A DNA stretch of 64,000 nucleotides from Gammaproteobacteria bacterium (GCA_963422205.2 CAXMWX010000003.1:192001-256000), one strand, 5' to 3'; shown: positions 1 through 10,191, numbered from the stretch's first letter. Numbers and translations are program-made. Notes: generated from the letters alone by a model not told the origin.

Positions 1-454
1 TCGGCAGGTAGGTTTGCTGTAATGCCTCGCTGGCATGGGTGTGCATGGCCACCACGGCGCCCTCGGTCAGCATCGGACACAGGGCAAAGGCCATGTTGGC
101 AGACTGCCAGATTTCATTGGCTGCCGCCGCCACCACTTCCGGCAAGCCCTGACCGCCCAGTTCCGGGGCGAATGGCAGCGCTGGCCAGCCGCCCGCGACA
201 AAGTCCTGATAGGCCGCCGCAAAACCCGGCACCGAGGTGACTGCATTATCGCTGAAACGGGCGCCGGTGCTGTCACCTGTGCGGTTAAGCGGCGCCAACA
301 CCTCCCCGGCAAAACGGCTGGCCTCTGTCAGCACGGCCTCAACGACATCGTCAGTGGCCGCCTGAAGGCCGGGTAATTTGTTCAGCTGGTTCAGCCCGGC
401 CAGCTGGTGCAGGGCAAACTGCATGTCTGTGATGGGGGCGGCATAGTCAGTCAT
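1..454 (-). CDS. Acyl-CoA dehydrogenase, N-terminal part (runs off window edge)
   Basis: Manual translation from ATG at 454: MTDYAAPITDMQFALHQLAGL...EASRFAGEVLAPLNRTGD...GGQGLP...ANMAFALCPMLT, a typical acyl-CoA dehydrogenase N-terminus. Not in the ORF track because there is no stop in the window. Confidence 0.85.
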   Translation of the reverse strand, partial: MTDYAAPITDMQFALHQLAGLNQLNKLPGLQAATDDVVEAVLTEASRFAGEVLAPLNRTGDSTGARFSDNAVTSVPGFAAAYQDFVAGGWPALPFAPELGGQGLPEVVAAAANEIWQSANMAFALCPMLTEGAVVAMHTHASEALQQTYLP

Positions 455-504
455 CGTGGATTTCCTTACAAAAAATTAATCAGTAGCAGCATTTGGAGCA
501 AGAC

Positions 505-1488
505 TCAGGTTTGCAGACGATGGGAGTATTTGTGATTAAAATTATCGCAACGATCCAGCAGGGCCTGGGTGGTGACCGGCATGGGGATACGCAGGTTTGC
601 CAGATCGACGATCAGCAGGCCGGCCGCATGGAATAACTCGATGCCGCGCTTGCCAAGGGCATGATCCCGGCGGCTTGGCTCGGCGGGCAAGGCCGGTTTG
701 CTGCCAGCCACGCCTTCCGAGGCGCTGACAAAACGCGGCCAGATATCGATAAACGCACTGTCGCTTCGCATGGTCTCCAACACGCCCTTGCCGCTGCCCG
801 CCAGCGCATTTAAAAGTGGCACGGCGTCTTTGAACATGGCGGCGTGCTTGCATATCGCTTCCAGCTTATCGGCGATGCGATCGATGGCGCGCATGGTCTG
901 GGCGATCTTCATGTAACGGCTTTCGTGGAATTGGTCAATCGGCGTGGCGAACACCTTGAACGGCTCGCCCCATAATTCATTCAGGCTCTCGCCGCCGTGG
1001 ATGGGCTTGATGTACTTGCCGTATTCCAGCGCGCCCATGAAGCAGCGGCCACATTCCTTGATCAGCGGATTATCGGATTTTACCTCAACGCCGATAACCT
1101 CCAGCTCCACCATCTTGGTCAGTATGTCGCTGCCGCGATTGAGCAGGGCGCCGGCCAGCATGGCCGCCAGCACGCGTTTTCTCGCCGCATTATTCTCGGA
1201 CTCATACGCCTGGCGCACTTCCTCAAGCCGCTCGCCGGGGGTATTGATGCCGGGCTCGACATGGTGAAAGACGCGCTTGGTGAGGTGATCGATCAGCCGT
1301 TTCTTGTACATCAGGGTATCGCCCGGGACGTTATAATGGCGTATCCAGTAGCCGTCATAATAGATGCGCGAGACATTATCCTGGTGAATTTTTCTCACCG
1401 TGCCGTTTTTAACCGGATGCAGCACGGACACATCGGCGGTGTTGCCCGTGATGACCGGTTCAGTTCTATGCAGGTTAGCCAGTGCCAT
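505..1488 (-). CDS. Hypothetical protein (327 aa)
   Basis: Long ORF with natural composition, co-oriented and closely spaced between shc and the acyl-CoA dehydrogenase; no motif recognised. Confidence 0.75.
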   Translation of the reverse strand: MALANLHRTEPVITGNTADVSVLHPVKNGTVRKIHQDNVSRIYYDGYWIRHYNVPGDTLMYKKRLIDHLTKRVFHHVEPGINTPGERLEEVRQAYESENNAARKRVLAAMLAGALLNRGSDILTKMVELEVIGVEVKSDNPLIKECGRCFMGALEYGKYIKPIHGGESLNELWGEPFKVFATPIDQFHESRYMKIAQTMRAIDRIADKLEAICKHAAMFKDAVPLLNALAGSGKGVLETMRSDSAFIDIWPRFVSASEGVAGSKPALPAEPSRRDHALGKRGIELFHAAGLLIVDLANLRIPMPVTTQALLDRCDNFNHKYSHRLQT

Positions 1489-1514
1489 GATGCAAGTATT
1501 TCTCTTTGGCCGGG

Positions 1515-3629
1515 TTAGCGAAATCTGGCGAGGTAGTCGGGGTTGCTGAGCACGGGCAGGAGGGCCGGATCGATGCCCTGGCTCTGCCTAATCAATATAT
1601 CCTGCCTGCTTGGCTGGCCTTGTGTTAATCGCCGGTAGACGCCCAGCGCCCAGACCGGGAAGTAGTGGCTGTAGCCGTGGTAGCGCAGATAGAACACGCG
1701 CGGAAAGCCCGTGCCAGTGTAGAGCGATTCGAACCAGCCGCCGGCGCTGTTGCGATCATCGCGGTAATGGCGGAGCAGATATTGTACGCCGCGCGCCACC
1801 GCCTCCGATTCATGCTCGCCTGCCGCCATCAGCCCCAGCAGGCCCCAGGCCGTTTGTGAGGGCGTGCTTTTGCCCCTGCCGGCCAGGGCGCTGTCATTAT
1901 AGCTGGTGCAATCCTCGCCCCAGCCGCCATCGCTATTTTGCACCTGCTCTAACCAGTGCACGGCCTTGCGTATGCAGGCGTGATTAGGATCTTCGCCAAT
2001 GGCCGCCAGCCCGACCAGGGCCGCCCAGGTGCCGTAGATATAATTCACCCCCCAGCGCCCGAACCAGGCGCCGTCATCTGCCTGATCCTGTCGCAGAAAT
2101 TCAATGCCGCGGCTGATGGGCGGAAAACTTTTATCAAAGCCGAACATGGCCAGCATCTCTATACAGCGACCAGTCAAATCCGCCGTGCCGGGATCGACCA
2201 GGGCGCCATGATCGGCAAACGGGATGTTATTTAAATAGTCATAATGATTGTCGATATCAAATGCACCCCAGCCGCCATCGCTGCCCTGCATGCCCAGCAC
2301 CCAGTTGACCGCCATCGCCATACGCTTGAGCCTGTCCGGGTCTTTATGTGCGTCCGCCCGCAGCAAGGCCATCACTACCATGCTGGTATCATCAAGGTCA
2401 GGGTAGAAATCATTTTCATATTGAAACGCCCAGCCGCCGCTGTCCAGTGTCGGTGCTTTGTCAGACCAGTCGCCGCGGACGACTACCTGCCGGGCAAACA
2501 GCCAGCGGATGGCGGTCTGTACCGCCTGATGGTCGATGGCAAGGCCCGCCTCGGACAAGGCGCTTAGGCTAAGGCAGGTGTCCCAGACGGGTGAGAGGCA
2601 GGGCTGTACGTAGCTCTCCTCCGCCCCCGCATCATCTATGACCAGGTCTTCAATCGCCTGAATGCCACGTATCCGGTCGGGGTCGGTCGGGCCAGCCCCT
2701 TGCAGATGCAGGGCATAGACCGCATTGGCCATCGCCGGATAAATGGCACCGATGCCGCCGGCACCCCGCATGTGTTCACGTGTCCACCGCTCCAGCGCCT
2801 TCACAGCATGGCGGCGTATCACGCCCGGCACCCAGGGATCAATGCGCTTCAGGCAACGATCAACCAGAAGGAATAAGTTCTTGGCCGGTTGGCCGGGGGT
2901 AAATTTATCCAGGTGTTTTAAGGTGTTCGGGTCACGGCTGAATAATTCCCGAATCGTCTTGCCCTCTGGCACGGCAAAGACCGGCTTATGGGCAAAGATG
3001 AGCAGCAGCGGCACGATGACGCAACGTGACCAGTAAGAGACCTTGCTCAAGCTGAAGATAAACCATCCTGGCAGCCAGATGATCTCCGGCGGCATGGCAG
3101 GCACAGTGCGCCAGGGAAGCTGACCAAACATCGCCAGCAAGATGCGGGTAAAGACATTGCTGGCCTCAGCACCGCCGTGTTGATGCACCCAGTCGTGCGC
3201 CCGCTGCATGACCTGACTGGCCGGGTCTGTACCCGCCATCTTCAAGGCGAAGTAGGACTTGACCGTGGCGCTGATGTTGCCCGGGCCGGCATAGTAAAGC
3301 GGCCAGCTGCCATCGTCCAACTGGCGGCTGATGAGGTAGTCGGCCAGCCGCTTCTCCCTGGCCTCATCCACCGTGCCTAACAGGTGTTGCAGCAACATGT
3401 ACTCGGCCGGGATAGTGGCATCGGCCTCAAGATCGAAGCGCCAGTGGCCATCTTTGTTTTGCTGATCCAGCAGGGCCTGGGCGGCCTGGGCGAGGGTGCG
3501 GGTCAGGACATTGATCTGGGCATCTGCCTGGGTTGCCGGCGGACTGAAATCAGCACCTTGTGCCAGCTGGGCGGAGAGCCATTCATCAACGCTGCCATCG
3601 ATCAGGGTGTGTGTACTTGCTTTTGTCAT
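1515..3629 (-). CDS. shc: Squalene-hopene cyclase
   Basis: Catalytic DLDDT motif (YPDLDDTS), repeated QW motifs (QNKDGHW, QLDDGSW, QGSDGGW, QNSDGGWGE), SPVWDT and GTGFPRVFYLRYHGY. Start placed at MTKAST (3629); the ORF is open to 3764. Confidence 0.95.
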   Translation of the reverse strand: MTKASTHTLIDGSVDEWLSAQLAQGADFSPPATQADAQINVLTRTLAQAAQALLDQQNKDGHWRFDLEADATIPAEYMLLQHLLGTVDEAREKRLADYLISRQLDDGSWPLYYAGPGNISATVKSYFALKMAGTDPASQVMQRAHDWVHQHGGAEASNVFTRILLAMFGQLPWRTVPAMPPEIIWLPGWFIFSLSKVSYWSRCVIVPLLLIFAHKPVFAVPEGKTIRELFSRDPNTLKHLDKFTPGQPAKNLFLLVDRCLKRIDPWVPGVIRRHAVKALERWTREHMRGAGGIGAIYPAMANAVYALHLQGAGPTDPDRIRGIQAIEDLVIDDAGAEESYVQPCLSPVWDTCLSLSALSEAGLAIDHQAVQTAIRWLFARQVVVRGDWSDKAPTLDSGGWAFQYENDFYPDLDDTSMVVMALLRADAHKDPDRLKRMAMAVNWVLGMQGSDGGWGAFDIDNHYDYLNNIPFADHGALVDPGTADLTGRCIEMLAMFGFDKSFPPISRGIEFLRQDQADDGAWFGRWGVNYIYGTWAALVGLAAIGEDPNHACIRKAVHWLEQVQNSDGGWGEDCTSYNDSALAGRGKSTPSQTAWGLLGLMAAGEHESEAVARGVQYLLRHYRDDRNSAGGWFESLYTGTGFPRVFYLRYHGYSHYFPVWALGVYRRLTQGQPSRQDILIRQSQGIDPALLPVLSNPDYLARFR

Positions 3630-3760
3630 CTGGTTTGTTAGCTCTGATCTGGCCTGAAGCGGCGCACTTTGCGCCTTATAGGCCAGCCCGGGCATTGTAT
3701 TGCAGCGTGCTGATTTTGCAAGCTCTCCGGTGGGTAAGAGAAGGTGCGCCCGGGGCGCTA

Positions 3761-5284
3761 TCACAGCAGCGGGATCGTTGTATGAGTGGATTTCCCGTAT
3801 GCTACGGACGGCGTATTAAACCGCTTGCCGAGAAGAATATCCGCCACGGTCAAGAGCTGCATGCGTGCATAGCGGACGCCCCGGTGATTGAGATCGCCCG
3901 CCGCGGCCATCTCGCGCTGGAAGTTGGCGGTTTTGCGCGGCCCCGGATCGTCCATCACGACCAGCCCGGCCATGAGCGCATCATCGCGCTCCAGCGCACC
4001 GCGCAAATCGCGCACGGCGCCAATGCCGACTTGTGTGCCGCCCTTTACCTCAAGCACCATGCTTTGCAGGGAATCTCCGCCCATGTCGAAGTAAAGCCTG
4101 CCATCAATGCCGCCATCCGCCGTCTGGCGGGTGGTGACAAACCCGTCAACCTGCTCAACCACCCATCGTTGAAACTGATAGGTATCTCGCTCCCACAGAT
4201 CGCGCGCGCCCTCAAGGGTACGGGGCAGGCCAGTGACAGTAAAATCATGGTCTTCTCTTAAACCAAGCCGCTCCTCCAGCCGCACCTTCGCCACCCGCTT
4301 GATCGCATGTATGGTGATGTCAATGCCGATCCACCGGCGCTTGAGGTGATGGGCGGCCTCCAGCGTGGTGGCACAGCCGCAGAACGGATCGAATACCACA
4401 TCGTTCGGATTCGAACTGGCCTTGATAATGCGCTCCAGCAACGCAAGGGGCTTTTGGGTGGCATAGCCCAGGCGCTCTTTCGCATTCTGGTTAATGATAT
4501 CTATCATCCAATAATCAACGGCATAGGTTCCTTCACGCAGATAGTGGCGATATACAAGATCGGGGCGTTCCTTTTCCCATTTCTCTGCCACGTCTCTTTT
4601 GGATTTAACGGGGCTGTCGGTAATGCCTCTTCCCATCAGCCGATAAGGCCCCCTCTCATCTCGATATTTGTATTTTCGGATCGTTGATTTTGCATGAGGG
4701 TCAAGCACATCATCCGCATTAAACGTCCACTTCTTGCTGTTTGAGTAAAACAGGAGGGTGTCATGTTTTCTATTCCACCGCTTGCGTGAGTTGATCGCCT
4801 CTCTGTAACACCACACAATCTCATTTTGAAAATTCTTAATCCCGAATATCCCGTCCATGACCAGTTTCAAATAGTGGCTTGCCGTCGGGTCACAGTGCAG
4901 ATAAATCGAGCCGGTCGGCTTGAGCAGAGTACGCATCGGCAGCAGCCGCTCGGCCATGTAGGACAGATAGGCCAACAACTGCGGTTGCAGCGTGCGTAAG
5001 GAATCCATCCAGGTTTTCAGAAACTCGGCGGCGGCAGCGTCAACGCCAGCTTCGCACATCTTTACGGGCAGGTCTTTGATAGCCCGCTCACGCTCATTGT
5101 CCAAGGCCCATAAATCGCTGAAGCCCCTGACCTGATCGGGCAAAGGCCGGCCGGTCTCATCCTGGTAAATCATGTTGTAGTCGCGGTTGGAATTAAACGG
5201 TGGGTCAAGGTAGATCAAATCCACACTGGCCGCCGGCATCTCCTGCATGATGTCGAGACAATCGCCGAAGTACAGCCGGTTCAC
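3761..5284 (-). CDS. N6/N4 DNA methyltransferase fused to a C-terminal Mrr-like PD-(D/E)XK domain
   Basis: DLIYLDPPF (motif IV), YATQKP and VFDPFCGCATT (motif I) in beta-class order; the C-terminus has DGGIDG...LEVKGG. Confidence 0.85.
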   Translation of the reverse strand: MNRLYFGDCLDIMQEMPAASVDLIYLDPPFNSNRDYNMIYQDETGRPLPDQVRGFSDLWALDNERERAIKDLPVKMCEAGVDAAAAEFLKTWMDSLRTLQPQLLAYLSYMAERLLPMRTLLKPTGSIYLHCDPTASHYLKLVMDGIFGIKNFQNEIVWCYREAINSRKRWNRKHDTLLFYSNSKKWTFNADDVLDPHAKSTIRKYKYRDERGPYRLMGRGITDSPVKSKRDVAEKWEKERPDLVYRHYLREGTYAVDYWMIDIINQNAKERLGYATQKPLALLERIIKASSNPNDVVFDPFCGCATTLEAAHHLKRRWIGIDITIHAIKRVAKVRLEERLGLREDHDFTVTGLPRTLEGARDLWERDTYQFQRWVVEQVDGFVTTRQTADGGIDGRLYFDMGGDSLQSMVLEVKGGTQVGIGAVRDLRGALERDDALMAGLVVMDDPGPRKTANFQREMAAAGDLNHRGVRYARMQLLTVADILLGKRFNTPSVAYGKSTHTTIPLL

Positions 5285-6471
5285 GGCAGCCGTTCAAATA
5301 TGGCGGCAATGCCCTGGCCGCCGCCGATGCACATGGTCACCAGCGCATAACGTCCGCCTGTTCGTTGCAACTCATACAGCGCCTTGACGGTGATGATGCA
5401 GCCGGTGGCGCCCACCGGATGGCCTAAGGATATGCCGCTGCCGCTGGGGTTGGTTTTATCCTCCGGCAACTCCAGCTCCCCGGCCACGGCCAGCGCCTGT
5501 GCGGCAAACGCCTCGTTGGCCTCGATCACATCCATATCGGCCACCGTCAGGCCGGTTTTCTGCATGACATGACGCACCGCCGGGATGGGGCCGGTGCCCA
5601 TCAGCAAAGGCTCAACGCCCGCATGGGCGTAGCCGATGAGCCGGGCCAGGGGCTTGAGATCATGTTGTTCGGCATAGTGCTGGCTCGCCATGATAATCGC
5701 CGCCGCCCCATCGTTGATGCCGGAGGCATTGCCCGCCGTGACTGTGCCGCCCTCTTTGAATGCGGCCGGCAGCCGGGCGAGGTCAGCCAGGCGCACATCT
5801 GCCCGCACATGCTCATCGGTATCAAACAGGTGGGTTTTGCGTTTCGATGTGATTTCAACCGGCGCGATTTGCTGCTGGAAAACGCCCTGTTCGATGGCCC
5901 TGGCGGCGCGCCGGTGGCTCTCTACCGCCAGCGCATCCTGCGCTTCCCGGGTAATCCCCCATTTCTCCGCCACATGCTCGGCGGTGATCCCCATGTGACA
6001 GCCATCAAACGGATCATGCAGGGCGGCCAGCATGGCATCGGTGAGCGCAGCATGCCCCATCCGCTGGCCCCAGCGCATACTGGCAGACCAGTGCGGCGAG
6101 CGGCTCATGTTCTCGGCCCCGCCCGCCACGGCGGTTTGGACATCGCCCAGCATGATCAACTGGGCGGCGGAGATAATCGCCTGCAAGCCGCTGCCGCACA
6201 GGCGGTTGAGCGTCATGGCGGGCGTGGCCACGGGCAGCCCGGCATTGACGGCAGCCACCCGGCCAAGGTACATATCGGCCGGTTCGGTGTGGATGATGTT
6301 GCCGAATACGGCATGTTGAATCTGCTCTGCGCCCAGGCCGGAGCGCGTTAGCGCTGTGCGTATGGCGACTTCCGCCAGCCTGCCCGGCGGGGTATTTTTC
6401 AAGCTGCCGCCGTAGGTGCCGATGGCCGTCCGGGCGGCGCTCAAGACAACGACCGGGTGAATTTCTGACAT
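5281..6471 (-). CDS. bktB: Acetyl-CoA C-acyltransferase (beta-ketothiolase, BktB-like)
   Basis: LNRLCGSGLQA, NASGINDGAAA, NEAFAAQ, GHPVGATG and CIGGGQG thiolase motifs; start set at MSEIHPVV. Confidence 0.9.
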   Translation of the reverse strand: MSEIHPVVVLSAARTAIGTYGGSLKNTPPGRLAEVAIRTALTRSGLGAEQIQHAVFGNIIHTEPADMYLGRVAAVNAGLPVATPAMTLNRLCGSGLQAIISAAQLIMLGDVQTAVAGGAENMSRSPHWSASMRWGQRMGHAALTDAMLAALHDPFDGCHMGITAEHVAEKWGITREAQDALAVESHRRAARAIEQGVFQQQIAPVEITSKRKTHLFDTDEHVRADVRLADLARLPAAFKEGGTVTAGNASGINDGAAAIIMASQHYAEQHDLKPLARLIGYAHAGVEPLLMGTGPIPAVRHVMQKTGLTVADMDVIEANEAFAAQALAVAGELELPEDKTNPSGSGISLGHPVGATGCIITVKALYELQRTGGRYALVTMCIGGGQGIAAIFERLP

Positions 6472-6631
6472 AGGCTGATTGCAGTTAATTTCGGATTCAG
6501 ACGAATCGCCCATGTTGCACCGCAACACCGAAGATGTCAAGCGCACAGGTCAACCCGTGCTGTATCGACATGGGCGTACAGCAGCACGCCTGTGCCGTTG
6601 TGGACGGCCCTCGCCTTGCCGTATCTGATGG

Positions 6632-7139
6632 CTACGGCAGTGATTTCTCTGGTGCGGCGGCTGGAACCGGGATGACGAAGCTGGCAGGGTAAATGCGATG
6701 CTTGTCCGTGATGCCATCGACTATGCCGAAGTCCAGAAAGACAGCGCTGGCGATGATCTTGGCGCCGACTCTGCTCGGAATACCACCGGTCGCCTTGCGC
6801 CCATCATCCGTTTCGCAGTCGTATTTTAATATGTCATCCGAGCGCCGGATGTCCAGGGTGCCGGGGATGGCGACTGTCCATGCACCGCGCTTGTTCGATA
6901 AGTTGCAGGTGCCGGAGGAGCCGTCACCGAATGACAGGGAGACCGGCGTGTTGGGTGAATTGGTCAATGTTGCACAGCCTGTGGCGCAGACAAAGAGCAT
7001 GAGGGCGCAGGCTGGCCTTATGATGCCATCATGCCATCTTGACGGGTTGACGGGTTGACGGGTTGACGGGTTGACGGGTTGACGGGTTGACGGGTTGACG
7101 GGTTGACGGGTTGACGGGTTGACGGGTTGATTTAGTCAT
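6632..7139 (-). CDS. Small lipoprotein; 5' end frameshifted by an 8-bp tandem repeat (OFF phase as sequenced)
   Basis: ORF 6632-7000 has a lipobox-like ATGC. The upstream ATG at 7139 has a GGAG RBS and comes into frame when the repeat copy number is a multiple of 3; with 0 copies it reads MTKSRWHDGIIRPACALMLFVCATG-C. Confidence 0.7.
7039..7130. repeat. Perfect tandem repeat (TTGACGGG)x11 + TTGA
   Basis: Directly visible: 11 identical 8-mers from 7039 to 7126 plus a partial unit. Confidence 0.98.
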
Positions 7140-7207
7140 CACGCTGATACTCCAATAATAAAAACATCAAGTATACCATACCCCCGTTTCAACTGCCAGG
7201 CGTGGAT

Positions 7208-8497
7208 TTACAGCTTTGCGAAGGCCGCTGCTGCTGCCGCTGCCGTTATTTCAATATCCTCATCGCTGTGGGCGGCGGAGATAAAGCCGGCCTCATAGGC
7301 CGAGGGTGCAAGATAAATACCCGCCTTCAGCATGACATGGAAAAATGCCTTGAATCTGTCTGTATCGCAGCGCATCACCTGGGCAAACCGGCGGATGGTG
7401 TGATCCTCGCTGAAAAACAAACCAAACATGCCGCCCGCATGGTTGGTGGTGAACGGGATGCCATGCCGGGCGGCGGCGGCGCACAGCCCGTCCAGCAGCT
7501 GCGCGGTCTTTGCGGTCAGCGCACTGAAAAAGTCCGCTTCGGTCAGCCGTGTCAAGGTAGCCAGCCCGGCGGTCATGGCCACCGGATTGCCGGACAGGGT
7601 GCCTGCCTGATAGACCGGCCCGTCCGGGGCGATGTGCGCCATGATATCGGCCCGCCCGCCAAAGGCGCCAACAGGCAGGCCGCCACCGATCACCTTGCCT
7701 AAAATCGTCATGTCCGGCTGGATATTGTAGAGAGACTGTGCGCCGCCCAGGGCGACCCGAAAGCCGGTCATGACCTCATCAAAGATCAGGATGCTGCCAT
7801 AGTCATCACAGCACTGGCGCAGTGCTTGCAGGAATGCCGGGCTGCCCGGCACACAGTTCATATTGCCAGCAACTGGCTCAACGATGACGGCGGCAATGTC
7901 ATCGCCCATCCTGGCAAAGGCATCGCTGACTTGCTCTGGGTCGTTAAAATCCAGCACCAGCGTATGTCGGGCAACATCCGCCGGGACGCCGGGCGAGGTT
8001 GGTACGCCCAGGGTCAGCGCACCCGAACCCGCCTTGACCAGCAGGGAATCCACATGGCCGTGGTAGCCGCCTTCGAATTTGATGATGGTATCCCGACCGG
8101 TCACGCCACGTGCCAGCCGGATGGCGCTCATCGCCGCCTCTGTACCGGAGTTCACCATGCGGATCTTCTCTATGGCCGGCATCAGCGCTATGATCTTCGC
8201 TGCCAATTCGGTCTCGATTTCAGTCGGTGCGCCAAAGCTCAAGCCGTAAGCAACACAATGTTGCACTTTTTTGATGATCTCTGGGTGGGCATGGCCCAGG
8301 ATCATCGGCCCCCAGGAGCCGACATAGTCAATGTATTTGTTGCCTGCATCATCAAACAGATAGGCCCCTGCGCCCTGGGCGAAGAATACCGGCTCGCCGC
8401 CGACTGACTTGAATGCCCGTACTGGCGAGTTCACGCCGCCAGCGATATAGTGTTTTGCTCTGTTGAATTGTCGATTTTGCATGGGCTTAGGGTGCAT
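7208..8497 (-). CDS. hemL: Glutamate-1-semialdehyde 2,1-aminomutase
   Basis: [42 protein letters not shown] and [10 protein letters not shown] motifs. Confidence 0.97.
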   Translation of the reverse strand: MHPKPMQNRQFNRAKHYIAGGVNSPVRAFKSVGGEPVFFAQGAGAYLFDDAGNKYIDYVGSWGPMILGHAHPEIIKKVQHCVAYGLSFGAPTEIETELAAKIIALMPAIEKIRMVNSGTEAAMSAIRLARGVTGRDTIIKFEGGYHGHVDSLLVKAGSGALTLGVPTSPGVPADVARHTLVLDFNDPEQVSDAFARMGDDIAAVIVEPVAGNMNCVPGSPAFLQALRQCCDDYGSILIFDEVMTGFRVALGGAQSLYNIQPDMTILGKVIGGGLPVGAFGGRADIMAHIAPDGPVYQAGTLSGNPVAMTAGLATLTRLTEADFFSALTAKTAQLLDGLCAAAARHGIPFTTNHAGGMFGLFFSEDHTIRRFAQVMRCDTDRFKAFFHVMLKAGIYLAPSAYEAGFISAAHSDEDIEITAAAAAAAFAKL

Positions 8498-8575
8498 GGC
8501 CTTGCCGGGCGGGCAAGCGTGTATCCGTCATCATTGTAGCGGGTCATTGTAGTGGATAGTGAGCAGGAATCGGAA

Positions 8576-8743
8576 ATGCGAAAATATATGTGTGTCATCT
8601 GTGGTTTTATCTATGATGAGCGCCGGGGCTGGCCGGATGATGGCATTCCTGCGGGGACGAAGTGGGAGGATGTGCCGATTAACTGGGTGTGTCCAGAGTG
8701 CGGGGCGAGGAAGGAAGACTTTATCATGCAGGAGATAGCTTAG
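8576..8743 (+). CDS. Rubredoxin
   Basis: MRKYMCVICGFIYDE...WVCPECGARKEDF; two CxxC motifs. Confidence 0.95.
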   Translation: MRKYMCVICGFIYDERRGWPDDGIPAGTKWEDVPINWVCPECGARKEDFIMQEIA

Positions 8744-8766
8744 CAGTCGCTATAGACATCGTTTGT

Positions 8767-9189
8767 TTAGTTAGGACGGTACACCGCCAGGGCGATGATG
8801 GCAATCAGCAGGATGACCGGGATCTCGTTGAACCAGCGATACCACAGATGGCCATGCGTATTGTTATCGTGTTTGAATCCATGCAGCAACATGCCGCAGT
8901 AGACATGATAGGCAATCAGCAGGCCGATCAGGGCGAGTTTTAATTGCAGCCACAGTTGGGTGATATAAAAACCGGCATTCATGCCCAGCAGGCCGACACC
9001 GAATAACAGGGTCAACAGGCCGCCCGGCGTCATGATGCCGTAGAACAGTTTTCTTTCCATCAGCTTGAAGCGCTCAATGCTGATCGCATCGGTACTCATG
9101 GCATGGTAGACAAACAGCCGAGGCAGATAGAACAGGCCGGCAAACCAGGTCACCATAAAGATCAAATGCAGTGTCTTCAGCAGCAGCAT
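8767..9189 (-). CDS. hemJ: Protoporphyrinogen oxidase HemJ
   Basis: LHLIFMVTWFAGLFYLPRLFVYH...RWFNEIP signature. Confidence 0.93.
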   Translation of the reverse strand: MLLLKTLHLIFMVTWFAGLFYLPRLFVYHAMSTDAISIERFKLMERKLFYGIMTPGGLLTLLFGVGLLGMNAGFYITQLWLQLKLALIGLLIAYHVYCGMLLHGFKHDNNTHGHLWYRWFNEIPVILLIAIIALAVYRPN

Positions 9190-9192
9190 GGG

Positions 9193-9753
9193 TCAGGTTA
9201 TGTCAGGCTTATGTTGTGTCGGTCGGTCATGTTGAGGGGTCTCTGGGGAGGCGGCTGGCAGCAGAAGGGCCAGTCGGGTTTGCAGTTTGTGCATGTCCAT
9301 TTTGCCGATTTTCTGCATCAGAATCCTGCCCTCGGCGCTGATCAGAAAAGACGTGGGGGTCAGCATGACATCGCCAAACGCCCTGGCGATATGCCCGTCC
9401 AGGTCGAGGGATACAGGGTAAGGCAGCTGGCGCTGTGTGGTCACTTCCAGCACCCGATTCGGCGGATCATAGGCCATGGCCACACCGATGATCTCCAGGC
9501 CGTGTGCGGATAATTCATCATACAGGGCGATGAGATGCGGCATTTCCTGCAAACAGCCTGAGCATGTACTCGCCCAGAACGTCACCAGCACCGGCCGGCC
9601 GCGCAGTTGCTGCAAAGGGACTTGTCGCCCATCCAGATAAGCAAACGTCACCTTGGGTGCCGGCTTGAGGCCAGCGGGGCTTAGCCATAACCAGACCCCT
9701 GCCACCACGGCACACAGCAGCACTGCCAGGCTGGCGATTTCCTTGCGTTGCAT
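9193..9753 (-). CDS. TlpA-family thiol:disulfide oxidoreductase
   Basis: N-terminal membrane anchor and FWASTCSGCLQEMP CxxC motif. Confidence 0.88.
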   Translation of the reverse strand: MQRKEIASLAVLLCAVVAGVWLWLSPAGLKPAPKVTFAYLDGRQVPLQQLRGRPVLVTFWASTCSGCLQEMPHLIALYDELSAHGLEIIGVAMAYDPPNRVLEVTTQRQLPYPVSLDLDGHIARAFGDVMLTPTSFLISAEGRILMQKIGKMDMHKLQTRLALLLPAASPETPQHDRPTQHKPDIT

Positions 9754-9899
9754 CAGCTTCCCGCCGGCGGCAACATGAGGCAGGCATGATCACCGGCCAG
9801 GCCGGGCATGAAGACAGCCGCATACAGGCTGATGCCGCTCGCCCAGGCCATGCCCATGCCATGATCCATGATCAGGGCAACAATGCGTACGGTTTCCAC
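9753..9899 (-). pseudogene. Truncated remnant resembling the N-terminus of a DUF4126 membrane protein
   Basis: Manual translation (GTG) METVRIVALIMDHGMGMAWASGISLYAAVFMPGLAG...LPP then stop after 48 aa; AWASGIxLYA recalls DUF4126 proteins. Confidence 0.45.
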
Positions 9900-10191
9900 T
9901 CGCTTCAGTCTCCGCTGTGTTCTCTCTGGCATGGTAATCGTTGTGGCCTGGTTTCGAAAGCCTTACGCCTGCTGTGAGATCGTGTTTAATGGCAAGGTGA
10001 TGATACACCTTAAAGACCCTGCTGCTAAGGTATCGTTCAGGAGTGTACGCCTGAGGGTTGTCACCGGCGCCGGGTATCACCCGGTGATATCACCCTGATC
10101 CGGCCATCACGGTCAGGCGGTAATTTTATCTGGCAGATTCTGCCCGGCATCTTGTATGATGCCCAACTTTTGACATTGGCTTGATCATGCG

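Noticed and set aside
6547-6631. Small hairpin (ggcgtac-agca-gcacgcc) upstream of the thiolase, possible ncRNA or REP
   Set aside because: Single imperfect copy in the window with no recognisable family; cannot be supported.
7039-7130. Possible CRISPR array
   Set aside because: Contiguous 8-bp units with no spacers and no cas genes; it is a simple tandem repeat.
8552-8575. GTG start for rubredoxin
   Set aside because: ATG 8576 follows an AGGA RBS and gives the canonical MRKY start.
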